This document shows, piece after piece, positions 18,310 through 26,686 of a stretch of 64,000 nt of DNA (position 1 is its first letter; each line of letters opens with the position of its first letter). The notes below the pieces were generated by a model, which saw nothing but the letters and a program-made list of their open reading frames with translations, was not told where the DNA came from and ran no database searches. The position numbers and the translations under genes are program-made. Origin of the DNA: Longimicrobiales bacterium (GTDB taxonomy: Bacteria > Gemmatimonadota > Gemmatimonadetes > Longimicrobiales > Gaopeijiaceae); contig OZ241869.1 of the NCBI GenBank assembly GCA_965202805.1, positions 96,001-160,000 on the forward strand, in the 5' to 3' direction.

Positions 18310-19074
18310 ATGAACGATTTGATTGATCTGCGCGGAAGGAACGCCCTGGTCACGGGAGCTTCGCGCGGCGTCGGAATGGCGGTCGCGCTGCAGTTGGCGC
18401 GGGCCGGAGCAGCCGTCGGCCTCGCGTACCGGAGCCGCCGCAACGAGGCGGAGGCCGTGGCGGAAGAAGTGCGGGCATGCGGCGTGCGTGCGTGGACCGA
18501 GGGTGGCGATCTGTCCCGGCCGGAAGCGGTCGACGCCCTGTTCGCGCGGGCGGCGCGGGAGTTCGACGGTCTCGACATCTTCGTCGGCAACCACGGGATC
18601 TGGCCGACCGCCGATACCCCCGTGGCGGAAATCAGCGACGAGCGCTGGCACGAGACCATGGGGGCCGACCTGCACTCGGTGTTCTACACCTGCCGCGCCG
18701 CCGCGCGCGTTCTGCGGGCTGACGGCCGGCTCGTGCTGATCGGGAGTACGGCCGGGCAGCGGGGGGAGGCGTATCACGCCGACTACGCGGCCGCCAAGGG
18801 CGCAATGGGCTCGTTCGTGAAGAGCTTCTGCATCGAGCTCGCGCCGCGGGGCATCACGGTAAACTGCGTCGCGCCGGGTTGGGTCGACACGGAGATGTCG
18901 GCCGCCGCCTTCCGCAACGGTGGCCGGGAGCGGATCGCCGCCTCCATACCGATCGGGCGCATCGCGACCGCCGAGGACGTGGCGGGCCCCGTAGTCTTCC
19001 TCTGCTCCGAGCTGGGCCGGCACGTCACCGGCGAGATCCTGAACGTCAACGGCGGGGCGGTGCTGGCGGGGTAG
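18310..19074 (+). CDS. SDR family oxidoreductase (FabG-like)
   Basis: TGASRGVG, YAAAK, VNCVAPGWVDT. Confidence 0.9.
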   Translation: MNDLIDLRGRNALVTGASRGVGMAVALQLARAGAAVGLAYRSRRNEAEAVAEEVRACGVRAWTEGGDLSRPEAVDALFARAAREFDGLDIFVGNHGIWPTADTPVAEISDERWHETMGADLHSVFYTCRAAARVLRADGRLVLIGSTAGQRGEAYHADYAAAKGAMGSFVKSFCIELAPRGITVNCVAPGWVDTEMSAAAFRNGGRERIAASIPIGRIATAEDVAGPVVFLCSELGRHVTGEILNVNGGAVLAG

Positions 19075-19264
19075 CGGCGGCCCATGGGCGATTCCTGGTG
19101 CCGGACCGCGCTCAACGCCCGCAGCCGGAGCTGCATGCGCGCGAGCTTGACATCCCCTCCCTGGCGCGCATTTGTTCCATGCCCGATCGGCCCGCCAGGG
19201 ACTTCGCCCGCGAGGTCCCGACCTGGGCGATGCCGCACTGGACCGATGGACTGAAGGAAGACCG

Positions 19265-19672
19265 ATGACTACGAAGCACGCAGGCTCGACGGATCCGGCG
19301 CGGCGCTACGGCTATGCAGCCGCGCGGGTCATGCTGGCGGCGATCTTCCTGCTCACCGGCTGGGACAAGCTGGCGGACAGGCAGGACGCGGCGGCCGACA
19401 TCGCGGAGGTGGGCCTGCCTGCCCCGGTGCTGCTGGCGGTTGTGGCGGGAGTCGTGGAACTGGTGTGCGGGGCGCTGCTCGCCGTGGGCTGGAGGGCGGC
19501 GTGGGCGGCGGGCGGCCTGTTGCTGTTCCTGCTCCCGGTGACGGTGCTGCTCGAAAACCCGCTGTCGGCGACCGCCGATTTCGGCACGCTGATCGACTTC
19601 CTCAAGAATCTCGCGATCATCGGCGGCCTGCTGATGGTTGTGCTGTGGGAGCGCGGACGAGACGCCCGCTGA
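19265..19672 (+). CDS. DoxX family membrane protein
   Basis: RVMLAAIFLLTGWDK, FLKNLAIIGGLL. Confidence 0.88.
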   Translation: MTTKHAGSTDPARRYGYAAARVMLAAIFLLTGWDKLADRQDAAADIAEVGLPAPVLLAVVAGVVELVCGALLAVGWRAAWAAGGLLLFLLPVTVLLENPLSATADFGTLIDFLKNLAIIGGLLMVVLWERGRDAR

Positions 19673-19703
19673 CCTCAGGCTCACCTCGTCGCCTCACTCC
19701 ACC

Positions 19704-21068
19704 TCAGAAGAACCGCCGGCCCCGGCCGCTCCCCATCCTCGGGTTCACGACGTTGTTGGTCACCGATCCGAACGTGAAGCTGAACCCGACCTCGAACTCG
19801 AACTCGAAGTCCGTGCCCAGTTGCCGGCGCTGGAGCAGCACGTCCTCGTCCGCGATGTCCTCGCGGGGGACGTAGAGCTGGTCCTTGACGCGCGCCACGC
19901 CTCCCGAGACGCTCAGGTTCAGCCCCCGCGCGATCCGGTACTCGACGCGCCCGAAGAGGTCGATGCGGTGCAGCGACGGGTCGTGCAGGAACGTCGACGC
20001 CTCGAGCGCGCTGTTGATCTCGCCCCAGGGCTGCTGGAACCGCGCCGCGATTTCGAGGCGCTGCTCGGCGTGGGTCTCCCCGGTCCTGTCGAAGAGCGTG
20101 ACCTCCTCGTAGTCGAACGAGGCGAGGCCGAGCGAGTACAGCGCGGTGATCTGCCGGCGCGTGGACTCCGCGTAGGGGAACAGGCTGTACTGGACGGCGG
20201 GCGCGGCCCGGATCGCGAGATCCTGGTTCACGTGGGTGGAGGTGAGCGCGGACGCGCGGGCTCCGGCGGACCAGTGGGGTCCGAGGCTCCAGACGATCAG
20301 CCCCTGGTGGTTGATGCTTCTGGACGTGCTGGTCAGCATCGTGCCGTCGCTGAACTCGAACTGGTCCCGCTCCCAGCGGCCATCGGAGCTGAGGTCGATC
20401 TTGAGGCTCTCGGTGGTCCGGCTCGCCGAGAGCGACCCGTCGAAGGACCGGGAACTCCGGCGGCTCTCCCCCTCCCATTCCGCTCCGACGCTGGTGCGGA
20501 ACACCCACAGGTTCCATGGATCGTCCGTCGCCGCCGCCTGTTGTGTGGCTCCCGCCGCCGGCGCGGCGTATCGGACGTCCAGGAGCGGCGCCGCGACGGT
20601 TCCTCCCACGTGGGGGACGAGCCCGCGCTTGAAGGCGCGCGTCAGGCCCTCGCGCACCTCGTCGTCGGTGTCGCCCTGGGCGGACACGAAACGAAGCGTG
20701 TCCGTGGGTCCGGCCCGCTCTCCGAGACCCAGGAAGAACAGCTCCCAGGCCTCGCCGCCGCCGCCGGTATCCTGCGAGGTCACCAGGACGTGCAGCTCGG
20801 CGTCGGTCCGGTCGCGCACGTAGTCGACGAACGGCGCCTCTCGGCGGAAATGGTCGAAGTCGCAGCGCTCGCAGTCGAAGAACACCCGCAGCAGGTTGCC
20901 GCTGTCCCCGCCGCCGTTCTGCTCCTGTGCCGCCGCCCCCGCCGCCCCCGCCATGATGGCCGCGCAGGCGACGCCCGCGCGGAGAAGGATTCGCGTCTGC
21001 AACGCACGTGCGAAGACCGCCTTCCCGGCGGCCGTCCCCCCGCTGATCCGCCTGCCTCTGGACTCCAT
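19704..21068 (-). CDS. Hypothetical outer-membrane beta-barrel protein
   Basis: Signal peptide, N-terminal VFFDCERCD domain, amphipathic strands, SFTFGSVTNNVVNPR near the end; start uncertain. Confidence 0.65.
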   Translation of the reverse strand: MESRGRRISGGTAAGKAVFARALQTRILLRAGVACAAIMAGAAGAAAQEQNGGGDSGNLLRVFFDCERCDFDHFRREAPFVDYVRDRTDAELHVLVTSQDTGGGGEAWELFFLGLGERAGPTDTLRFVSAQGDTDDEVREGLTRAFKRGLVPHVGGTVAAPLLDVRYAAPAAGATQQAAATDDPWNLWVFRTSVGAEWEGESRRSSRSFDGSLSASRTTESLKIDLSSDGRWERDQFEFSDGTMLTSTSRSINHQGLIVWSLGPHWSAGARASALTSTHVNQDLAIRAAPAVQYSLFPYAESTRRQITALYSLGLASFDYEEVTLFDRTGETHAEQRLEIAARFQQPWGEINSALEASTFLHDPSLHRIDLFGRVEYRIARGLNLSVSGGVARVKDQLYVPREDIADEDVLLQRRQLGTDFEFEFEVGFSFTFGSVTNNVVNPRMGSGRGRRFF

Positions 21069-21279
21069 TTTCGGCTCCTCGCTGTACGTGGACTCGTTCG
21101 AGTCCCGTAACCTGGCGGAGCCGCGGCGCCGAGTGGTGGAGCCGGGGTCAGCCTATTGTCAGGAAGTTGTCGGGGCCTTCCGCGGAGCCTGCCGGAGCCG
21201 GTTCCGCCGCTCAACACACGCGCGCCACAAGGAGCTGTCCGGCTCGTGCCGGAGCCGTGGTTTTTCCTATCTTGGGTCC

Positions 21280-23937
21280 ATGCCGCTTCCAGCCTTTGCG
21301 CCAATGCCCCTCGCGTTGCCGCGCCCGATCCGCGCGCTCCTCTGCGTCGCCGTATTGTTCTCCTGCGGCGACGGTCCGGCGGGCCCGCCCCCGGGAATCC
21401 CCGCCGTCCTGGCGATCTCTCCGGCCGACCTGACGCTGACCGCCATCGGCCAGACCCGGCAGCTGCAGGCGGAGGTCGTGGACCACTACGGTGATCCGGT
21501 GTCCGGCCAGAGGGTGGCGTGGACGAGCGACCGGCCGGGGACGGTCATGGTCGATTTCGGCACCGGGGTCGTCACGGCGGTCGCGGCAGGGACGGCCACC
21601 GTGACCGCCGCCTCCGGCACGCTCAGCGCGAGGCTCCGGGTGACCGTGGCCCAGGAGCCGGGTGCGATCGAAAAGGTGGCCGGCGACCTTCAGGCGGGCT
21701 TCATCGGCGAGCCGCTCCCGCTTGCGGCCGTCGTGCGCGTGACGGATGCCAACGGCCATCCCGCCGGGCTGGTCCAGGTACTGTTTTCCGTGACCGCGGG
21801 AGGCGGTTCCGCGGCGCCGGTGTCGGCCGTCACCAATTCGGCCGGCCTCGCCCAGACCACCTGGACGCTGGGAACGGCCGCCGAGCACGCGCTGGCCGCC
21901 ACCGCCGGCAACGTCACCGCGGAGTTCCAGGCAAGCGCGGATCGGCTGCCGCTGACCATCGAAACCGACTCGCTCGCGCGGGCACGGCTCACGCTCCCGT
22001 ACTTTGCCCGCCTGCGCGCCCGCGGCGGTTCCACCCGGGGCTATGAGTGGAGCCTCGGCGAGGGGAGCAGTCTGCCCGCGGGGCTCCGGCTCGATTCCCG
22101 CGGGGCCATCCGCGGCGTGCCGGAGGATACCGCCACCGTTGTCCTCGAGATGAGGCTCGCCGACTCGGAGGGCGGGGAGGCGGTTCGCGAGTTCACGTTG
22201 CGCGCATGTGATGCTCCGCTGGGGCTTGCAATGGGTGAAGTGCGCATTCTGGAAGCGGACGCGATCCACGGATGCGGCTTCTACGTGCGAGCTCCCCAGG
22301 CGGGCGCCTACTACCGGGTCACGCTGGCGGGAACCGATGGCGACAACACCGCGATCATGCCGGTGGCGCTGCACGTCGAGGCCGATACCGCGGGTGGGCG
22401 GGCCACAGCCGCCGCGGCGCCACGGCCGGTCGTGCACGGAGCCTCCGCCGCGCGGGCGTTCCGCCGGGCCCTCCCGGCCCGTGAACTGCAGGAGATCCAG
22501 GAGATCGAGCGCGCCAACGCGGCCCTCCATCAGGAGATTCGGCGGCAGGAAGATGAGCTGTTCTCGCGCCTGGCGAGGGAGGGACGGCTGGAGGTCCTGC
22601 CCGACCGCGCCTTCGAGGTCCGCGGGGCGATGGCCGCCGATGCGGGGCCCAGTCCGCCGACGCGCGTGTTCCGTCTGTACAACCCCACCGCCGAGGGAGG
22701 GGAGCGCTGTGACACCTACACCACCCTGAGCGCCCGCCTGGTTGCGGAGAGCAGCCACATCGCCGTCTACGAGGACGCGGAAGAGGCGACGGGCATCTCC
22801 AGGGCCAACGCCGACCGCATCCTCGCCTTCTACGACGCCTTCGGGGCCCCCGTAATCGAGCGCTACTTCGGCGGCACGAGCGACGTCAACGGCGATGGCC
22901 GGGTCGTCGTGGTGGTGGATCCGGCGCTCAACGGCATCCGGGCGTTCGTATGGGGAGGAGACCATACCCTCCGCCGCGAGACGTGCGCCTCCTCCAACGA
23001 GATGGAACTGGTGCGCATGAGCGCCGGCGCCTTCGCGCAACTCGACAGCGAGCGCTACTGGGCCTTCGGCGGGCTCGTACACGAAGTCAAGCACGTCAGC
23101 TCGCTCTACAAGCGGGTGCGGCATTCCCTGGGCGTAGCGGGTGAGGAGCGTCCCGACTTCCATCCGACCTGGATCGAGGAGGGCACGGCCGAGATCGCCA
23201 AGGAAATGAGCTCGCGCCTGGCGTGGCAGGGTGCAGGGGGCCCGGCTGTCAACGACCGGGTGACCGGCGAGATGCTCGAGGCGGGGATCAGCGGATCGTA
23301 TCCGGAAGTGTACGGGATCGTGAATCTGATCGGCCGCACCGCATCCGCCTTTGCCTGGTTCACCGATCGTCCCAACGCGGTCACGTTCAGACCGCGGGAC
23401 CGGGGCAACGTGTACGGGAGCGGCTGGCACTATCACCGCTTCCTGCGCGACTGGTTCGGCACGGCCGGCGCCTCGCCCGCCCGGGACGCGGCCTTCGTCA
23501 CCGTGCTGAACGACTCGCTCACCGCCCCGGGTCTGTCGGGCATCGAGAGCGTCAGCGGTCTGACATTCGGCGATCTGCTGACCCGGCACGCGGTGGCCAT
23601 GACCGTGGCGGGGGCCGAGGACAGCCTGCTGGAAGGCGTGCCGCGCTTCTCGTCCTATGACTTTCCGGAAGTCGGAGAGTTCGCCTCCTCTCTGAACGCC
23701 CCCGGGCACTACCCGTGGCCGGTGACCCGCACCGGATCATCCGACGATACGGCGATCCTCTGGGCGGACTTCGCGGTGAGCCGCCCGTTCCGGGGCGAAC
23801 TGACCGGAAGCGGCGTGCGCTTCCACGACTTCCGCGCAGCGGAGAGAGGCGCGAGCACGACGTTCCTCGTCGAGGTGGGAGCACAGGATTTCGAGGTTCG
23901 CGTGATCGTGGCCCGGATCCCGGATCCGGCGGGCTGA
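21280..23937 (+). CDS. Ig-like repeat lipoprotein with C-terminal zinc metallopeptidase domain
   Basis: Lipobox LFSC; Ig-like segments; HEVKH and WIEEGTAE; start 21280 or 21304. Confidence 0.75.
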   Translation: MPLPAFAPMPLALPRPIRALLCVAVLFSCGDGPAGPPPGIPAVLAISPADLTLTAIGQTRQLQAEVVDHYGDPVSGQRVAWTSDRPGTVMVDFGTGVVTAVAAGTATVTAASGTLSARLRVTVAQEPGAIEKVAGDLQAGFIGEPLPLAAVVRVTDANGHPAGLVQVLFSVTAGGGSAAPVSAVTNSAGLAQTTWTLGTAAEHALAATAGNVTAEFQASADRLPLTIETDSLARARLTLPYFARLRARGGSTRGYEWSLGEGSSLPAGLRLDSRGAIRGVPEDTATVVLEMRLADSEGGEAVREFTLRACDAPLGLAMGEVRILEADAIHGCGFYVRAPQAGAYYRVTLAGTDGDNTAIMPVALHVEADTAGGRATAAAAPRPVVHGASAARAFRRALPARELQEIQEIERANAALHQEIRRQEDELFSRLAREGRLEVLPDRAFEVRGAMAADAGPSPPTRVFRLYNPTAEGGERCDTYTTLSARLVAESSHIAVYEDAEEATGISRANADRILAFYDAFGAPVIERYFGGTSDVNGDGRVVVVVDPALNGIRAFVWGGDHTLRRETCASSNEMELVRMSAGAFAQLDSERYWAFGGLVHEVKHVSSLYKRVRHSLGVAGEERPDFHPTWIEEGTAEIAKEMSSRLAWQGAGGPAVNDRVTGEMLEAGISGSYPEVYGIVNLIGRTASAFAWFTDRPNAVTFRPRDRGNVYGSGWHYHRFLRDWFGTAGASPARDAAFVTVLNDSLTAPGLSGIESVSGLTFGDLLTRHAVAMTVAGAEDSLLEGVPRFSSYDFPEVGEFASSLNAPGHYPWPVTRTGSSDDTAILWADFAVSRPFRGELTGSGVRFHDFRAAERGASTTFLVEVGAQDFEVRVIVARIPDPAG

Positions 23938-23961
23938 AGAGCCGGGTCGGATGCCGGGGCC

Positions 23962-25290
23962 CTACCGCCGGCCCGCCGCCACCATCCGGACGATCCTGGT
24001 GGGCGGACCATCGATGTCGCGGGTGGTGCCGTCGATGGCCAGGTAGATCAGTCCCCGGGGGCCCTGGCGAACATCGCGGATGCGGCCGATATCCTGAAGC
24101 AGTGTTTCCTCGCGGACGACCCGCCGCTGGTCTAGGCGCAGCCGGACCAGGCGCTGGCCGCGCAGGCCGCCGACGAGCACGTCGCCGTGCCATTCGGGGA
24201 ACGCCTCGCCCGTGTAGAAGAGCATCCCCGATACGCCGATCGAGGGAACCCAGACGTGCACCGGTTGCCGCATGGCCTCGTGCTGCGTGGCCGCGTGGAT
24301 CTGGAGACCGGTTCGGTAGTGGACGCCGTAGCCGACAACGGGCCAGCCGTAGTTGCGACCGCCCTCGATCAGGTTGAGTTCGTCTCCGCCCTGCGGCCCG
24401 TGTTCGTTCTGCCACAGGTCGCCGGTCTCGGGGTCGACGGCCATCCCCTGGGCGTTGCGATGGCCGTAGCTCCAGATTTCCGGGCGCGCGCCCTCCACGT
24501 CGACGAACGGGTTGTCGGCGGGAATCCGGCCATCGTCATGAATCCGGATTGTGGTTCCGTTGTGATTCGAGAGGTCCTGGGCGGGGTGCGCCGCCAGATC
24601 GCCCACGGAGGGCCACTGGCGGTCTCCCAGCGTCATGAAGAGGTACCCGTCGTCGTCGAACGCGAGTCGCCCTCCCCACATGGAGCTGCGATTGGTTCCG
24701 TTCCCCGGCGCATCCGCGTGAAACAGCTCCTCGACCTCTGTCAGCCGGTCGTCGGCGAACCGGCCGCGCGCGATCGCGATGTTGCCCAGCGAATCGGGGC
24801 CGGGCCTCGTGTAGCTGAGGTAGAGAAGACGGTTTGCGGCAAAGTCCGGATGGAGGACGACGTCGCGCAGGCCGGCCTGCTCGAATCCGTCCATGGATCG
24901 CGCCCCGCGTCCGAGAGCGCGGATCTCGGGCAATCCGTCCACGGAATCGGGCAGAAGTATCCCGTTTCGAACGATGCGGAGTCGGCCCGGACGCTCCGTC
25001 ACCAGCAGATCGCCCTCCGGCGTGAAGGCCATGGCAAACGGGCGGACCAGGCCGTCGGCGACCTCCTCGACCCGGAAGTCGTGGAAGGCGGTTTGCACGA
25101 TGGCGGGGTCGGTGGAGGACGGCGCTTCGGAGGACGGAGTGCAGGCGGCCAGCAGGCCCAGGAGTCCGTGGATGAGTCGGCGCGAGCACGGAGGGCGGCG
25201 AGGCACCGGGCTGGAAAGGCTGGAGGTGGCGCAAATCACGGCAAGGAGGATGCGGTTTGGGGGCCAGAGAGCGAAGTTGAAGGCTGTCAA
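23962..25290 (-). CDS. PQQ-dependent sugar dehydrogenase (YliI/GSDH family)
   Basis: LVTERPGRL, EIWSYGHRNAQG, EHGPQGGDELN, NYGWP; true start probably downstream. Confidence 0.9.
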   Translation of the reverse strand: MTAFNFALWPPNRILLAVICATSSLSSPVPRRPPCSRRLIHGLLGLLAACTPSSEAPSSTDPAIVQTAFHDFRVEEVADGLVRPFAMAFTPEGDLLVTERPGRLRIVRNGILLPDSVDGLPEIRALGRGARSMDGFEQAGLRDVVLHPDFAANRLLYLSYTRPGPDSLGNIAIARGRFADDRLTEVEELFHADAPGNGTNRSSMWGGRLAFDDDGYLFMTLGDRQWPSVGDLAAHPAQDLSNHNGTTIRIHDDGRIPADNPFVDVEGARPEIWSYGHRNAQGMAVDPETGDLWQNEHGPQGGDELNLIEGGRNYGWPVVGYGVHYRTGLQIHAATQHEAMRQPVHVWVPSIGVSGMLFYTGEAFPEWHGDVLVGGLRGQRLVRLRLDQRRVVREETLLQDIGRIRDVRQGPRGLIYLAIDGTTRDIDGPPTRIVRMVAAGRR

Positions 25291-25467
25291 ACTAGAGACG
25301 ATCCGGGGGCGGGGCGACCTGACCGGTCACTCCCCATGTAGCACGCCCCGGCGATCCGGCGCGCAAGTAGCGTCGAACCCGGTTATTCGGTAGAGTCCAT
25401 GGACCCACGAATCTCCACCCGATCCGAACCGCTCAGGCGGTAACCCAAGTCGCCAGGGAGGTCTGTT

Positions 25468-25644
25468 GTGGACCTGCAATGCATGGCGGTGTTTCGGAAA
25501 GTCCCTGAAGGCTACATCGCCTTCATCGAGGAGTTTCCCGGTGCCAACACCCAGGGTGCTTCCCTCGAAGAAGCTCGGTCAAACCTTCGCGAAGCCGTTG
25601 CCTTGGTGATCGAAGCCAACCGGGAGTGCCCCGGCCTCCAGTAA
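25468..25644 (+). CDS. HicB-family antitoxin (58 aa; not in the ORF track)
   Basis: GGAGG RBS, GTG start; GYIAFIEEFPGANTQGASLEEARSNLREAVALVIEAN. Confidence 0.8.
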   Translation: MDLQCMAVFRKVPEGYIAFIEEFPGANTQGASLEEARSNLREAVALVIEANRECPGLQ

Positions 25645-25649
25645 GCTAG

Positions 25650-26126
25650 ATGACGGGGTTCGGCGAGAGCTGGCGCTCGGACGCGGACGCACTGCGCGAG
25701 CGGGAGTTCGGGCACATCCTCTTCCTCTGCGTCGCCAACTCGGCGCGCAGTCAGATGGCCGAGGGGATCGCGCGCGACCTTGCGCCGGTCGGCGTCCGGG
25801 TCTCTTCCGCGGGCTCGGAGCCGGCGTCGGTGCGGCCGCAGGCGGTGGCGGCTCTGGCGGAGATCGGAGTCGACATCTCGGGTCACTACTCGAAAGCCGT
25901 GGATGACGTGGCGCGTCCGGTGGACGTCGTGGTCACGCTGTGCGCCGAGGAGGTTTGCCCTGTCTGGCTCGGGGATGCGCAGCGGGTGCACTGGGGGCTT
26001 CCCGATCCGGCCGCCGCTGTCGGGACACCGGAGGAGCAACTCGACGCTTTTCGGGAGGTGCGGGACGTGCTGCGGAGGCGGCTGGCGGTGGTGTTCGGGC
26101 GGCAGGCGCGTCCCTTGATCCCTTGA
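25650..26126 (+). CDS. arsC: Arsenate reductase / LMW-PTP family
   Basis: FLCVANSARSQMAEG P-loop, TLCAEEVCP, HWGLPDP. Confidence 0.85.
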   Translation: MTGFGESWRSDADALREREFGHILFLCVANSARSQMAEGIARDLAPVGVRVSSAGSEPASVRPQAVAALAEIGVDISGHYSKAVDDVARPVDVVVTLCAEEVCPVWLGDAQRVHWGLPDPAAAVGTPEEQLDAFREVRDVLRRRLAVVFGRQARPLIP

Positions 26127-26161
26127 AGGGGCTTTGGCGACGATGCCTTTCGGAGCCCGGA

Positions 26162-26563
26162 TCAGGCTTCGGCGGCGCCCCGGTTGAGCACCATCGCGAT
26201 CACCGCGCCGCCGGCCCCGTAGACGACCAGCGAGACCACGGTATCGCCGATGAGGGTGGCGATCGTGTGCATGCCCACCATCGTTCCGTACATCATCAGG
26301 CCGAAGGCAAGACCCATGACGGCTCCGATGATCGCTCCGGCCTGAAACCCCTCCTTCGCGTTCGCGACGCCCTTCCAGCCGAGGATGATGGCAAGGAACG
26401 CCGCTGAAAGGAGCTGACCCAGGGTCACCGCCCACATGACGGGCTCGGGGTTGATCGCGTCGTTGGCGAAGAAGTCCGCGAGCAGTACGCCGTAGATGAG
26501 GAAGCCCAGCACCCACAGGGTGATGCCGCCCGCGATCGTGGCCATGAGGAAGTTCTTGTTCAC
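26162..26563 (-). CDS. Small 4-TM membrane protein
   Basis: AGGAGG RBS; four hydrophobic helices. Confidence 0.75.
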   Translation of the reverse strand: MNKNFLMATIAGGITLWVLGFLIYGVLLADFFANDAINPEPVMWAVTLGQLLSAAFLAIILGWKGVANAKEGFQAGAIIGAVMGLAFGLMMYGTMVGMHTIATLIGDTVVSLVVYGAGGAVIAMVLNRGAAEA

Positions 26564-26686
26564 GGATGCCTCCTGCGTGGGGTGCGGCGTGTACTTCGGA
26601 CGATCGCAAGATGCGGCGCCTGTTCGCGGGCGTGCAACACCGGCCTCGGAGCGCGGGACGTCTCCAGGCTCGACGGCCGCGCGTCG

